Shown here piece after piece: positions 1 through 9,233 of a DNA stretch of 64,000 bases. Every line of letters begins with the position of its first letter. The stretch's first letter is position 1. A program made the position numbers and the translations under genes. Source of the DNA: an uncultured Gemmatimonadales bacterium (GTDB taxonomy: Bacteria > Gemmatimonadota > Gemmatimonadetes > Gemmatimonadales > GWC2-71-9); NCBI GenBank assembly GCA_963739455.1, contig CAVUAK010000003.1:320001-384000 (forward strand), written 5' to 3'. The notes beneath the pieces are model-generated. The model did no database searches. It had not been told where the DNA came from and saw only the letters and a program-made list of their open reading frames with translations.

Positions 1-439
1 GCTTGTGGTCGAGCTCCCAGAGGCCGAGATGGTCGATCTGCTCCTGCAGGCGGCCCTGCTTGTCGAGCAGCTTCTCCATCTGCGCATCGTCCATCGGCTC
101 GGCGAACTTCATCGAGATGTCGTTGAAGTCGTCCAGGATCTTCCGCAGGTGCGCCACGCCGTCCTCGACGTTGCCGCGGACATCCTTCGAGGGGTCGAGC
201 TGCGGCTCCTGCGGCAGGTAGCCGATCTTGGTGCCGGGGAGCGGGCGTGCATCGCCAAGGAAATCGGTGTCGACGCCGGCCATGATGCGCAGCAGCGTCG
301 ACTTGCCCGCGCCGTTCGACCCGATGACGCCAATCTTGGCGCCCGGATAGAAGGCGAGATGGATGCCCTTGAGGATCTCGCGGGAGGGGGGCACGACCTT
401 TCTGAGGTCGCGCATCGTGAAGATGTATTCGCCGGCCAT
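1..439 (-). CDS. ettA: Energy-dependent translational throttle ABC-F protein EttA/ChvD (5' part; runs off window)
   Basis: Manual translation of the - strand from ATG at 439: MAGEYIFTMRDLRKVVPPSREILKGIHLAFYPGAKIGVIGSNGAGKSTLLRIMAG...KIGYLPQEPQLD, the typical EttA N-terminus with Walker A. Absent from the ORF track because it is truncated. Confidence 0.92.
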   Translation of the reverse strand, partial: MAGEYIFTMRDLRKVVPPSREILKGIHLAFYPGAKIGVIGSNGAGKSTLLRIMAGVDTDFLGDARPLPGTKIGYLPQEPQLDPSKDVRGNVEDGVAHLRKILDDFNDISMKFAEPMDDAQMEKLLDKQGRLQEQIDHLGLWELDHK

Positions 440-475
440 AGGGCGGCAAAGATAGGGGGAAGGGGCACAACGCCA

Positions 476-501
476 AAGGGCGCCCCGACGGGGGCGCCCT
501 T
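476..501 (-). terminator. GC-rich hairpin, probable intrinsic terminator after SWIB gene
   Basis: AAGGGCGCCCC-gacg-GGGGCGCCCTT perfect 11-bp inverted repeat 25 nt past the SWIB stop. Confidence 0.65.
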
Positions 502-525
502 GCGGTGCGTGTACTGCCGAGCGAC

Positions 526-867
526 TCAGCTGAGGTGCTTGCTCACCAGCTTGGTCATCTCGAACATGTTGACCTGGTCCTTCTTGAAGATCGCCTTGAG
601 CGCGGCATCCGCGTTGATGTTGCGCCGGTTCTTCGAGTCCTGCAGGCCCTTCCGCTTGATGTACGCCCACAGCTTCTTCGTCACTTCCGTGCGCGGCAGC
701 GGATGCAGTGCCGACGACGACGGCGAGTGCCGCGCTCGGCTTCACGGCCTTCATGAACGCCGCATTCGGCTTGCGCGCTGCCTTCTTCTTCGCGGCCTTC
801 TTCACGGTCTTGCGCTTGCTGCCGACTTCTTCGCGCCCTTCTTCGCTGCCTTCTTCTTGGCTGCCAT
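526..867 (-). CDS. SWIB/MDM2-domain protein with Lys/Ala-rich histone-H1-like N-terminus (two apparent frameshifts)
   Basis: Joined frames read MAAKKKAAKKGAKKS..KKAAKKKAARKPNAAFMKAVKPSAALAVVVG..PLPRTEVTKKLWAYIKRKGLQDSKNRRNINADAALKAIFKKDQVNMFEMTKLVSKHLS, the bacterial SWIB signature. Frameshifts near 815 and 705. Confidence 0.85.
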
Positions 868-960
868 CGAAATTCTCCTGTGAAAGTGGAGGTACTCGTA
901 CTCGCCCTGCACAAACACTCGGGGTTCAAGGTACAACCTTGTCACCGGGGCGCAATAGGG

Positions 961-1148
961 TTTTCCCTCTGGAAATGTCCCTTTTCCCCTCGGGGGAGCC
1001 GCCGCGCCCGGGCGGACGGACGGTGTCGATCACGTTTCTCGGGGGTATTTTCCCCTATGGCGCCGCGCGATGCGGCGCCCCGACCACAACAGTGGAGTGA
1101 CGATGCGGCTCGTGGTTTTCCCTCTGGTAATCGCCTTTTTCCCTCTGG
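961..1148 (+). repeat. Five TTTTCCC(T/C)-type direct repeats, two pairs spaced 21 bp
   Basis: TTTTCCCTCTGG exactly at 961, 1116 and 1137; variants TTTTCCCCTCGG at 982 and TTTTCCCCTATGG at 1048. Confidence 0.7.
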
Positions 1149-2337
1149 CGCTGCACCAGGTTGCGCGGCATGATCGCGCGCCGTCTCCCTGCGACGAAGG
1201 CAACGGCGGCCTCACGCTGGCGCCGGGGTTCTGTGCGGTCGTGGTGGCGAAGGACCTCGACGGAGTGCGCCAGGTCACGGTGGGAAGTGACGGGATCGTC
1301 TATGGTGCGCTCGCGAAGGGCGACGCGGGTGCCGTGGCACTGCGGACACCAATGGTGACGGCCGCGCCGACGAGCGCCGGCTGTTCGGGCCCAAGGGCGC
1401 CAATGACGTGAAGCTGCACGACGGCTTCCTCTACCTGGCGCTCAGGGATCGTATCGTCCGCTGGAAGCTCGTTCCTGGACAGCTGCAGCCGCCCGGTGAC
1501 CCGGAGACCATCGTCAGTGGTCTTCCCAGCGACAACAGTCACCAGGCCAAGAGCATCGCGTTCGATGGTGACCGCCTGTACGTCAACATCGGGTCGCCTA
1601 CCAACAGCTGCCAGGAGAAGGACCGCACCAAGGGTTCGCGCGGCGTCGATCCCTGCGCCGAGCTCGACAACCGTGCCGGCATCTGGCTCTTCTCGGCGTC
1701 CCGCGCCGGCCAGGTGCAGGCCGACGGCAGTCGCTTCGCCACCGGCATTCGCAATTCCACCGCATTGGGAGTACGTCCCGGTACCAGCCAGCTCTATGGT
1801 GGCACCAATGGCCGCGACCAGCTCAGCACTAACTGGGATTTCTCCGACGAGTACAACGCGGACAATCCCGGCGAAGAACTGATTCTCATCGACCAGGGTG
1901 ACAACTTCGGCTGGCCCTACTGCTATTTCAGCACCGGGCTCCATGCGCTTGTCCTCGCGCCGGAGTATGGTGGGGATGGAAAGAAGACCGGTCGCTGTAC
2001 CACCATGGAGGAGCCGGTCATGGTCTTCCCAGCCCACTGGGCCCCGCTGGCGCTCGCGTTCTCGACCGGCAGTGCGTTACAGGGTCCCTACGCCGACGGG
2101 GTCTTCATCGCGTTTCACGGATCGTGGAATCGCGCGCCGCTCCCGCAGGCAGGATATCGCGTCGTCTTCGCGCCGTTCGTGAACGGCAAGCCGTCCGGCA
2201 GCTTCACGGATTTCGCGGTTGGCACGGAGAGCGACACCTGGCTGCGCGCGTCCGGTGTGGCCGTCACTTCTGAGGGTGCGGTGTACATTTCGGCCGACAA
2301 GCCGGGGATGATCTGGAAGGTCGTGAAGCAGGTGTGA
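1103..2337 (+). CDS. PQQ-dependent sugar/sorbosone dehydrogenase family beta-propeller, secreted (frameshift ~1345)
   Basis: GGAG RBS and ATG at 1103, signal peptide, GLTLAPGFCAVVVA, DTNGDGRADE after the shift, then FATGIRN, NGRD, NFGWPYCY, HWAPL, AFHGSWNRAP in ORF 1408..2337. Confidence 0.8.
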
Positions 2338-2361
2338 GGACTTGAGGCAAAGGAGCGGGCA

Positions 2362-2918
2362 ATGAGGATGCAAGGGGCTGTGCTGTCGTTGCTATCGATG
2401 CTGGCCGTGCCACTCGCGGCGCAGGAAAGAACAGCCTGCCGTGGGCACCATGGCGCCGGACTTCACGTTGCCGGGTGCCACCTCCAATGGCGTGCTGGCG
2501 AAGCCAGTCAAGCTGAGTGACCTCCGGGGACGCACCGTGGTGCTCGCGTTCTACCCCAAGGCCCGGACCTCGGGCTGCACCGTGCAGATGAAGGCATACC
2601 GGGACCAGTACGAGGACGCTCTTCGGTGGCGGAAAGGACGTCACCCTGCTCGCCATCAGCGCGGACGCGGATACGACCCTCGCGTCCTGGGCCAGCGACG
2701 AGAAGTTCCCGTTCACGTTCCTGAGCGACCTTGGTGGTGCGGTGGGGAAGCAGTACGGCGTGTTCAACCCGAAGTGGTCCATGGACAGCCGGGTCCTGTT
2801 TGTCGTGGCACCCGACGGCAGGATCAGCTACGTCGCGTCGCCGTTCCAGGAAGTGGATCCGACGAGCTATACGAACCTGGGGGCGGAATTGAAGAAGACG
2901 GCGGGCGGCAAGAGCTGA
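2362..2918 (+). CDS. Peroxiredoxin (BCP/AhpC-TSA family) with signal peptide (two frameshifts)
   Basis: APDFTLPG..LAFYPKARTSGCT (PxxxTxxC); the shifted frame continues LLAISAD..FPFTFLSD..SRVLFVVAPDGRI to TGA at 2916-2918. Confidence 0.8.
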
Positions 2919-4205
2919 TCAGGACGTTCCGAGCACCCGGGCGACTTCCCGCAAGTCTGCCTCGATCTCCACCGGACGGTTGGCCCGCGCCGGTGGAGGA
3001 TTCATTTCCTGGTGATAGCGCAGCAGCATCCCGGGATCCTTGAGCACATGTCCCGTCAGGATCGCCACCACGTGCTCGTCGGGACCGATCGTTCCCGCCG
3101 CGACCAGCTTTCGCACCCCGGCCACGCTCGCGGCGCTGGCCGGCTCACAGCCGACGCCGCTCGCGTCGATCACCGCCTTCGCCTCCAGGATCTCGGCGTC
3201 ACTCACCGCGAGCACCACCCCGTTCGTCTCCCGGATCGCCCGCACCGCGCGATCCCATGACGCCGGATCGCCGATCTTGATCGCCGTCGCCACCGTCTCG
3301 GCGCGCACGCGGTGGCGCACCGCGAAATCCTCCGCGAAGGCGGTGGCGAACGGTGCCGCTCCCGCCGCCTGCACCGACGCGATGCGTGGCACCTTCGAGA
3401 TGAGCCCCAGCGCCTTCGCTTCGCGCAGCGCCTTCCCGAACGCCGCGGTGTTGCCGAGGTTGCCCGCCGGGACCACGATCCAGTCGGGCGATTCCCACCC
3501 AAGCTGCAGCAGCAACTCGAGCACAATCGTCTTCTGCCCCTCGAGCCGGAACGGATTGATGGAGTTGAGCAGGTAGACACCGAGTTCCCGATGTGCCTCT
3601 TCCACCAGCCGAAGGCAATCGTCGAAATCGCCCCGCACCAGCAACGTGCGGGCGCCGTAGGCCAGCGACTGTGCCAGCTTGCCCATCGCAATCCCGCCGT
3701 TCGGCACGAACACCAGCGCTGGCAGCCCTGCCTGGGCGGCATACGCCGCCAGTGAGGCCGATGTGTTGCCGGTGGACGCACAGGCCACCGCGGTGGCCCC
3801 GATACGCACCGCCTGCGTCACGCCCACCGTCATCCCGCGGTCCTTGAAGGACCCAGTCGGGTTCATTCCCTCGTGCTTGAGCACCAGGCCCGGGCAGGCA
3901 GCCCACTGCTGCACCAGCGCCCGCTCGAGGAGTGGCGTGTTTCCCTCGGGCCATGACACCGGTGCCGTGGCCGTGGGAAGCACGATCTCCCGGAAGCGCC
4001 ACACTCCGGATGCGGCCGGTCCCTGCGCAGCAACCGATGCGACGGCAAACTGGCCCTTGAGCTGTTCGGGGCCCAGCGGGGGCGGCGCGTGCATGATCTC
4101 GAGCAGGCCACTGCATTCGGGGCATCGCGTCTCGCGCGCGAGTTCGTCGGTCTCGTGGCCACAGGCAGCGCAGCGCTGCCACGAACGCCGCGCGGGACTG
4201 CTCAT
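2919..4205 (-). CDS. thrC: Threonine synthase
   Basis: N-terminal CxxC..CxxC, EGNTPL, KHEGMNPTGSFKDRG (PLP Lys), CASTGNTSAS; operon with thrA and thrB. Confidence 0.95.
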   Translation of the reverse strand: MSSPARRSWQRCAACGHETDELARETRCPECSGLLEIMHAPPPLGPEQLKGQFAVASVAAQGPAASGVWRFREIVLPTATAPVSWPEGNTPLLERALVQQWAACPGLVLKHEGMNPTGSFKDRGMTVGVTQAVRIGATAVACASTGNTSASLAAYAAQAGLPALVFVPNGGIAMGKLAQSLAYGARTLLVRGDFDDCLRLVEEAHRELGVYLLNSINPFRLEGQKTIVLELLLQLGWESPDWIVVPAGNLGNTAAFGKALREAKALGLISKVPRIASVQAAGAAPFATAFAEDFAVRHRVRAETVATAIKIGDPASWDRAVRAIRETNGVVLAVSDAEILEAKAVIDASGVGCEPASAASVAGVRKLVAAGTIGPDEHVVAILTGHVLKDPGMLLRYHQEMNPPPARANRPVEIEADLREVARVLGTS

Positions 4206-5137
4206 TCAAAGGCTCCTGCGTCCGACACGACCCGTGCCCCCTTCGCATCGACACTGCCGATCCGCACGACGCACCCGATGCCGGCCGCAGCATACGCCGC
4301 CGTCATCGCGGCACCGATCCGCTCCGCAGCCTTATGGCTTCCGGCGAGGGCGAAGGCAGTCGGACCGCTTCCCGAGATCGACGCGCCCAGCGCACCAGCA
4401 TCGAGCGCGGCGCGCTTGGCCGCCGTGAAGCCTGGGAGCAGGGGCGCGCGCGCCGGCTCCGCGATCCGGTCGTCCAGTGCGCGGCCGAGCAGCGCGAGGT
4501 CGCCGGAATAGAGCGCCGCGACCATCGTGGCCACCTGCGCCATCTGGTGAATGGCCACGTCGCGCGTCACCGTGGCTGGGAGCGCCGCGCGGGCGTCGGC
4601 GGTGCGCATCCGCTGGTCGGGGTGCGCCAGTACCACCGTCAGTCCTGCCGGGGTGGGCAGTGTCACCACGTCAGGTGGATCCACCGACCGCACCAGCACG
4701 ATGCCGCCCAGCAGCGAGGGGGCAAGGTTGTCGGCGTGGCGTCCCGCCACGGCGGCCTCCGCCTCGAGACACGCCTCCAGCAGCGCGCGCACCCCGAGCG
4801 GACGACCGAGGCACTCATTCGCCGCCACGGCACCCGCCACGGCGGACGCAGCGCTGCCACCCTGCCCGCCGGAGAGCGGAAGGCCCTTGAGCACCCAGAG
4901 CGCCAGGCCATGATGTCCGCCCGCACGCTGCAGCACCGCCGCGGCCGCGAGGGCCGCGCTGTGGCGCGCGGGATCCGTGGGGAGATCGGGATGGCCAGGA
5001 TCGCGGAGCTCGATGCCGCGCACATCGAGCAGTTCGGCCGTCACCCAGTCGCCGCCCCCCGCCACCGCGAGCCCGAGTACGTCGAGACCCGGGCCGATGT
5101 TGCCAACCGACCCCGGGGCGAACACGGTGAGCCGCAT
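4202..5137 (-). CDS. thrB: Homoserine kinase
   Basis: PGSVGNIGPGLDVLGLA, GHMP loop PLSGGQGGSAAS, HADNLAP, SISGSGPT. Confidence 0.95.
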   Translation of the reverse strand: MRLTVFAPGSVGNIGPGLDVLGLAVAGGGDWVTAELLDVRGIELRDPGHPDLPTDPARHSAALAAAAVLQRAGGHHGLALWVLKGLPLSGGQGGSAASAVAGAVAANECLGRPLGVRALLEACLEAEAAVAGRHADNLAPSLLGGIVLVRSVDPPDVVTLPTPAGLTVVLAHPDQRMRTADARAALPATVTRDVAIHQMAQVATMVAALYSGDLALLGRALDDRIAEPARAPLLPGFTAAKRAALDAGALGASISGSGPTAFALAGSHKAAERIGAAMTAAYAAAGIGCVVRIGSVDAKGARVVSDAGAFE

Positions 5138-7650
5138 CAGGCGGGCGCCAGCTTGAGGATGTCGTTCATCACGCCCGCGGCCGTGACGTCGAGCCCGGCG
5201 CCCGGTCCCGTGATCACCAGCGGGTTGCTGCGATACCGGTCCGTGGTGAACACCACCTGGTTGTCAGTGCCCTGGAGGGCCCCCAGCGCGCTCTCGAGTG
5301 GCACCGACGCCAGGCCAACGCGGATGCGCCCGCGCGTCACGGCGGCGACGTAGCGCAGCACCTGCCCGCGCTCTTTCGCCGCCCTGACACGCGCCACCCA
5401 CTCGGCATCGAACTTGTCGAGCGTGGCGAGGAATTCCGGCAGCGCCATGCCCCGCGCCTGCTTCGGTACCAGCGACTCGACCGACACTGCATCGATGCCG
5501 CCGGCAAAACCGAGCAGGCGCCCGAGAATGAGCGCCTTCCGCGCCACGTCCATGCCTGACAGGTCCTCGCGCGGGTCGGGCTCGGCGTAGCCGCGCTTCA
5601 TCGCCTCGCGCACCGTGGCCGAGAAGGCGCGTCCCGATCCCACCTCGCTCAACAGGAAGCCGAGTGTGCCGGAGAGGCATCCATCGATCCGGCGAATGCG
5701 GTCGCCCGATTCGAGCAGCTTCCACGCGGTGTCGATGACCGGGAGGCCGGCGCCCACGGTGGCCTCGAACAGGAGGCGCCGCCCATGCGCGCGTGCCGTG
5801 GTGAGCAAGGCGTCCGCATCCGGGCGGCGATCGGTCAGCGGCCGCTTGTTGGCCAGCACGACGTCCATGCCGGTCTCCAGGACGTGGCGCAGGATCACGG
5901 CCGTGTCGTTCGCCGTCACATCCACCACCACCGGTCGCGGCAGCGCGTGCTTCGCGATGAAGGCGAGCGCGTCCGTCGAGTTCGATGCCACGCCGCCGCG
6001 CTGGCGCCCCAGCGATTGCCCGCGCGCCTTGTCCTGCGCCAGCTGCGACAGTCGTCGCGGGGTCAGGCCGGCAGGATCAAACACAAATCCGGTTCGGTCG
6101 ATGACCGCGGCAATCTCGAGCTGGATCCCCGGACGCTTCGCCCGGGGAATGAGCCGCGCCAGCGTGCGCCCCACCTGGCCGAAGCCGAGCAGCACCACCG
6201 CGACGCGCTCCGGCGGATTGACCGAGCCGCCACCGATCTTGGCCAGCTGGAAGGCATCATGAATGCGCCGCTGCGCCTCGCCGGCATCGCGTTCCTCGAT
6301 GACGAAGGAGATGTTGAGTTCCGACGAGCCCTGCGCGATCGCCACGATGTTGATCCCGGCGTGCGCCAGGGCCCCGAACACCCTGGCCGCCACGCCGCGC
6401 GCGCCGGCCATGCCGCGACCCACCACCGCCACCGTTGCCATGCCGCGACGCACCTCTACGCCATCGATGTCCTGCCGCGCGATCTCCTCCCCGAACTCGC
6501 GCAGCAGCGCCGCCTCGACCTGTCCGGCCTGCGCCTGCGGCACGCTGAACGTGAGCGATGCCTCCGACGATCCCTGTGTCACCAGTGACACCGGGAACCC
6601 CGCGCGCTGCAGCGTCTCGAACGTGCGGGCCGCAACACCGGGCACCCCCAGCATCCCGTTCCCGGTCACCGTCACCAGCGCCTGCTCGCCAATGCCAGAC
6701 ACCGCGCGCACCGGAGATGGCGTGCGTCGCCGATGTTGCGACACCTCCGTCCCCTGCGACGCCGGGTTGGCGAACGGGCGCACGTATACCGGGATCGGCC
6801 GCCGGCTGAGCGGAATGAGCGCGCGCGGGTGCAGCACCTTGGCGCCGTAGTACGCCAGCTCCGCGGCCTCGCGCACATGCAGTTCGGGGATCACGCGCGC
6901 ATCGGCCACCACGCGCGGATCGCCGGTGAGGAAGCCCGGCACGTCCTTCCACAGCGATACCGAGGATGCGCGCAGAGCCCGCCCCAGCAGGGTCGCCGTA
7001 AGGTCGGACCCGCCACGCCCCAGCGTCACGAGGTCCCCACCGGGACCGGCACCGATGAATCCTGGCACGACGGGGATGATCCCGCGCGTCAGCAGTGGAG
7101 CCACCAGTTGGCGCACCCGCCGGTCGGTGGCCGCAAAGTCGGGAGCGGCCGCGCCGAAGTGTCCGTCGGTCACGATCAACTCCACCGCGTCCACCAGTCG
7201 CACGCGCCGGCGCGTGTCCGCCAGCGCCGCCGCAAGCAGCATGGCACTCAGCCGCTCGCCCCTGGCCGCGATGTAGTCGCTCGTGCGCGGCGTCAGTTCC
7301 CTGACCACACGCAAGCCATCCAGCAGGGCCCGGAGCTCGTTGAGCGACGTCTCGATCGCGGCCAGCACCACGCGTCGTGTTCCCGCCGTGCGCACGATCT
7401 GCTTCGCTGCCTCGATGTGCTGGCGGCGAAGGCTCGTCAGGAGCGCGGTGTCGGCGGGCCTGCCGTCCGCCGCGATGGCGGCGAGCGCGAGCAGGCGGTC
7501 GGTCACCCCTGCCATGGCCGAGGCGACGATCACGGCCGGTCCCGGTGGCAAGTCCTGGATGATGGCCACGGCATGGTGCATCGCTGCGGCATCGGCCAGC
7601 GAGGCGCCACCAAACTTGTGGATGGTGGGCGGGCGTCGGTTGGGAGTCAT
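5137..7650 (-). CDS. thrA: Bifunctional aspartokinase/homoserine dehydrogenase
   Basis: HKFGGAS, TLGRGGSDLTA, ELAYYGAKVLHP, two ACT domains, GFGQVG, FEATVGAGLP, EPDPREDLSG. Start set at MTPNRR (7650); the longer ORF overlaps pntAA. Confidence 0.95.
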   Translation of the reverse strand: MTPNRRPPTIHKFGGASLADAAAMHHAVAIIQDLPPGPAVIVASAMAGVTDRLLALAAIAADGRPADTALLTSLRRQHIEAAKQIVRTAGTRRVVLAAIETSLNELRALLDGLRVVRELTPRTSDYIAARGERLSAMLLAAALADTRRRVRLVDAVELIVTDGHFGAAAPDFAATDRRVRQLVAPLLTRGIIPVVPGFIGAGPGGDLVTLGRGGSDLTATLLGRALRASSVSLWKDVPGFLTGDPRVVADARVIPELHVREAAELAYYGAKVLHPRALIPLSRRPIPVYVRPFANPASQGTEVSQHRRRTPSPVRAVSGIGEQALVTVTGNGMLGVPGVAARTFETLQRAGFPVSLVTQGSSEASLTFSVPQAQAGQVEAALLREFGEEIARQDIDGVEVRRGMATVAVVGRGMAGARGVAARVFGALAHAGINIVAIAQGSSELNISFVIEERDAGEAQRRIHDAFQLAKIGGGSVNPPERVAVVLLGFGQVGRTLARLIPRAKRPGIQLEIAAVIDRTGFVFDPAGLTPRRLSQLAQDKARGQSLGRQRGGVASNSTDALAFIAKHALPRPVVVDVTANDTAVILRHVLETGMDVVLANKRPLTDRRPDADALLTTARAHGRRLLFEATVGAGLPVIDTAWKLLESGDRIRRIDGCLSGTLGFLLSEVGSGRAFSATVREAMKRGYAEPDPREDLSGMDVARKALILGRLLGFAGGIDAVSVESLVPKQARGMALPEFLATLDKFDAEWVARVRAAKERGQVLRYVAAVTRGRIRVGLASVPLESALGALQGTDNQVVFTTDRYRSNPLVITGPGAGLDVTAAGVMNDILKLAPA

Positions 7651-7767
7651 AGCCCGCGACGATACCCACCGTTCGGGTGAATGTCCATGCGACGGGGCTC
7701 TGGCGCCGGACGCATCTGGCTTGTAGTCTGCTTGGTCCTGCAGTCCATTTCCGCGTGGAGCAGCATC

Positions 7768-8883
7768 ATGCGCATCGCAGTTCCTGGGGAAACCGCTTCC
7801 GGAGAGCGGCGGGTCGGGCTGGTGCCCGATGGCGTCGCGAAACTCGTGAAGGCGGGCCACTCCGTCACCGTGCAGCGGGGAGCTGGCACGGCTGCGGGCG
7901 TGCCCGACGCCGCCTTCGAGAAGGCCGGCGCGGTTCTCGCCGATGGCTTCTCAGCCACCGTTGCTGGCGCCGACGTGGTGGCCAAGGTGCAGCGCCCCAC
8001 CCCGGACGAAGTCGCGGCCATCCCGGAGGGATCCGTCCTGATAGCCATGCTTCAGCCTGCGGCGCAGCGCGCCACACTCGAGGCGCTCGCCGCGCGCCGC
8101 GTGACGGCGCTCGCCATGGAGCTCGTCCCGCGTATCACCCGCGCCCAGTCGATGGACGTGCTCTCGTCGCAAGCCACCGTCGCCGGCTACAAGGCGGTGC
8201 TTCTCGGTGCCGCCGAGCTCGCCAAGCTCCTCCCCATGCTCACCACCGCTGCCGGCACGCTCGCGCCGAGTCGCGTCTTCGTCCTCGGCGCCGGCGTGGC
8301 GGGGCTGCAGGCCATTGCCACCGCGCGGCGGCTCGGTGCGATTGTCTCCGCCTTTGACGTGCGGCCGGCCGTGCGTGAGCAGGTGCAGAGCCTCGGCGCG
8401 GCCTTCATCGAGGCCGAGGCCGTCAGTACCGCTGCGGAGGGCGCTGGCGGATACGCGAAGGAACTGGCGCAGGAGCAGCAGCAGAAGGTGCTCGAGGCGG
8501 TCGGCAAGGTCCTGCCCACCATCGATCTCGTCATCACCACGGCGCAGATCCCGGGCAAGCCGGCACCGCGGCTCATCACAGACGCCATGCTCGCCACCAT
8601 GCAGCCGGGTGCCGTGGTGGTGGACCTGGCCGCCGAGACCGGCGGCAACTGCGAGGCGACCCGCGCCGGCGAAACCGTGGTCGTCCACGGCGTCACCGTC
8701 ATGGGTCCGCTCAACCTGCCCGCGACGGTGCCCCTGCATGCCAGCCAGATGTTCGGGCGCAACGTGCTGACGCTGCTGCAGCACCTCGCCCCGGCGACCG
8801 AGCTCAAGCTCGACCTCGCGGATGAGATCACCGGACCGATGGCCGTGACGCACGCAGGTGCCGTGCGCTTCGGCTCCTCCTGA
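7768..8883 (+). CDS. pntAA: NAD(P) transhydrogenase alpha subunit part 1
   Basis: MRIAVPGETASGERRV, RITRAQSMDVLSSQ, GAGVAGLQAI, DLAAETGGNC. Confidence 0.95.
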   Translation: MRIAVPGETASGERRVGLVPDGVAKLVKAGHSVTVQRGAGTAAGVPDAAFEKAGAVLADGFSATVAGADVVAKVQRPTPDEVAAIPEGSVLIAMLQPAAQRATLEALAARRVTALAMELVPRITRAQSMDVLSSQATVAGYKAVLLGAAELAKLLPMLTTAAGTLAPSRVFVLGAGVAGLQAIATARRLGAIVSAFDVRPAVREQVQSLGAAFIEAEAVSTAAEGAGGYAKELAQEQQQKVLEAVGKVLPTIDLVITTAQIPGKPAPRLITDAMLATMQPGAVVVDLAAETGGNCEATRAGETVVVHGVTVMGPLNLPATVPLHASQMFGRNVLTLLQHLAPATELKLDLADEITGPMAVTHAGAVRFGSS

Positions 8884-8891
8884 TCGGAGCA

Positions 8892-9233
8892 ATGACGATG
8901 ACGGAACCTGTGGCGGAGATGCTGTCGCCCGAGAGCCTGGTGCTCGCGAACCAGTTCCTCAAGCTCTTCGTGTTCGTGCTGGCGGGCTTCGTCGGGTTCC
9001 TGGTCATAACCCGGGTGCCGCCGCTGCTGCACACGCCGCTCATGTCGGCCACCAACGCGATCTCGGCCATCTCGATCGTCGGCGCCCTCGTTGCGGCCGG
9101 CCGCGACCACAACCAGGTCTCGACCATCCTCGGCTTCGTCGCCGTCATCTGCGCCACCATCAACGCGGTCGGCGGCTTCATCATCACTGATCGCATGCTT
9201 CGGATGTTCAAGGGCGGCGGAGAGAAGAAGTGA
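8892..9233 (+). CDS. pntAB: NAD(P) transhydrogenase alpha subunit part 2 (membrane)
   Basis: VPPLLHTPLMSATNAIS, NAVGGFIITDRML. Confidence 0.93.
   Translation: MTMTEPVAEMLSPESLVLANQFLKLFVFVLAGFVGFLVITRVPPLLHTPLMSATNAISAISIVGALVAAGRDHNQVSTILGFVAVICATINAVGGFIITDRMLRMFKGGGEKK

Noticed and set aside
5..883. 292-aa + strand ORF and other long antisense ORFs (e.g. 28419..30176, 40918..42573, 62729..63961)
   Set aside because: Shadow frames opposite well-supported genes, expected in high-GC DNA.
2560..2590. Selenocysteine peroxiredoxin
   Set aside because: The peroxidatic codon is TGC (Cys), not TGA.
7651..7767. thr leader-peptide attenuator
   Set aside because: No Thr/Ile-rich mini-ORF or terminator in the short divergent gap.
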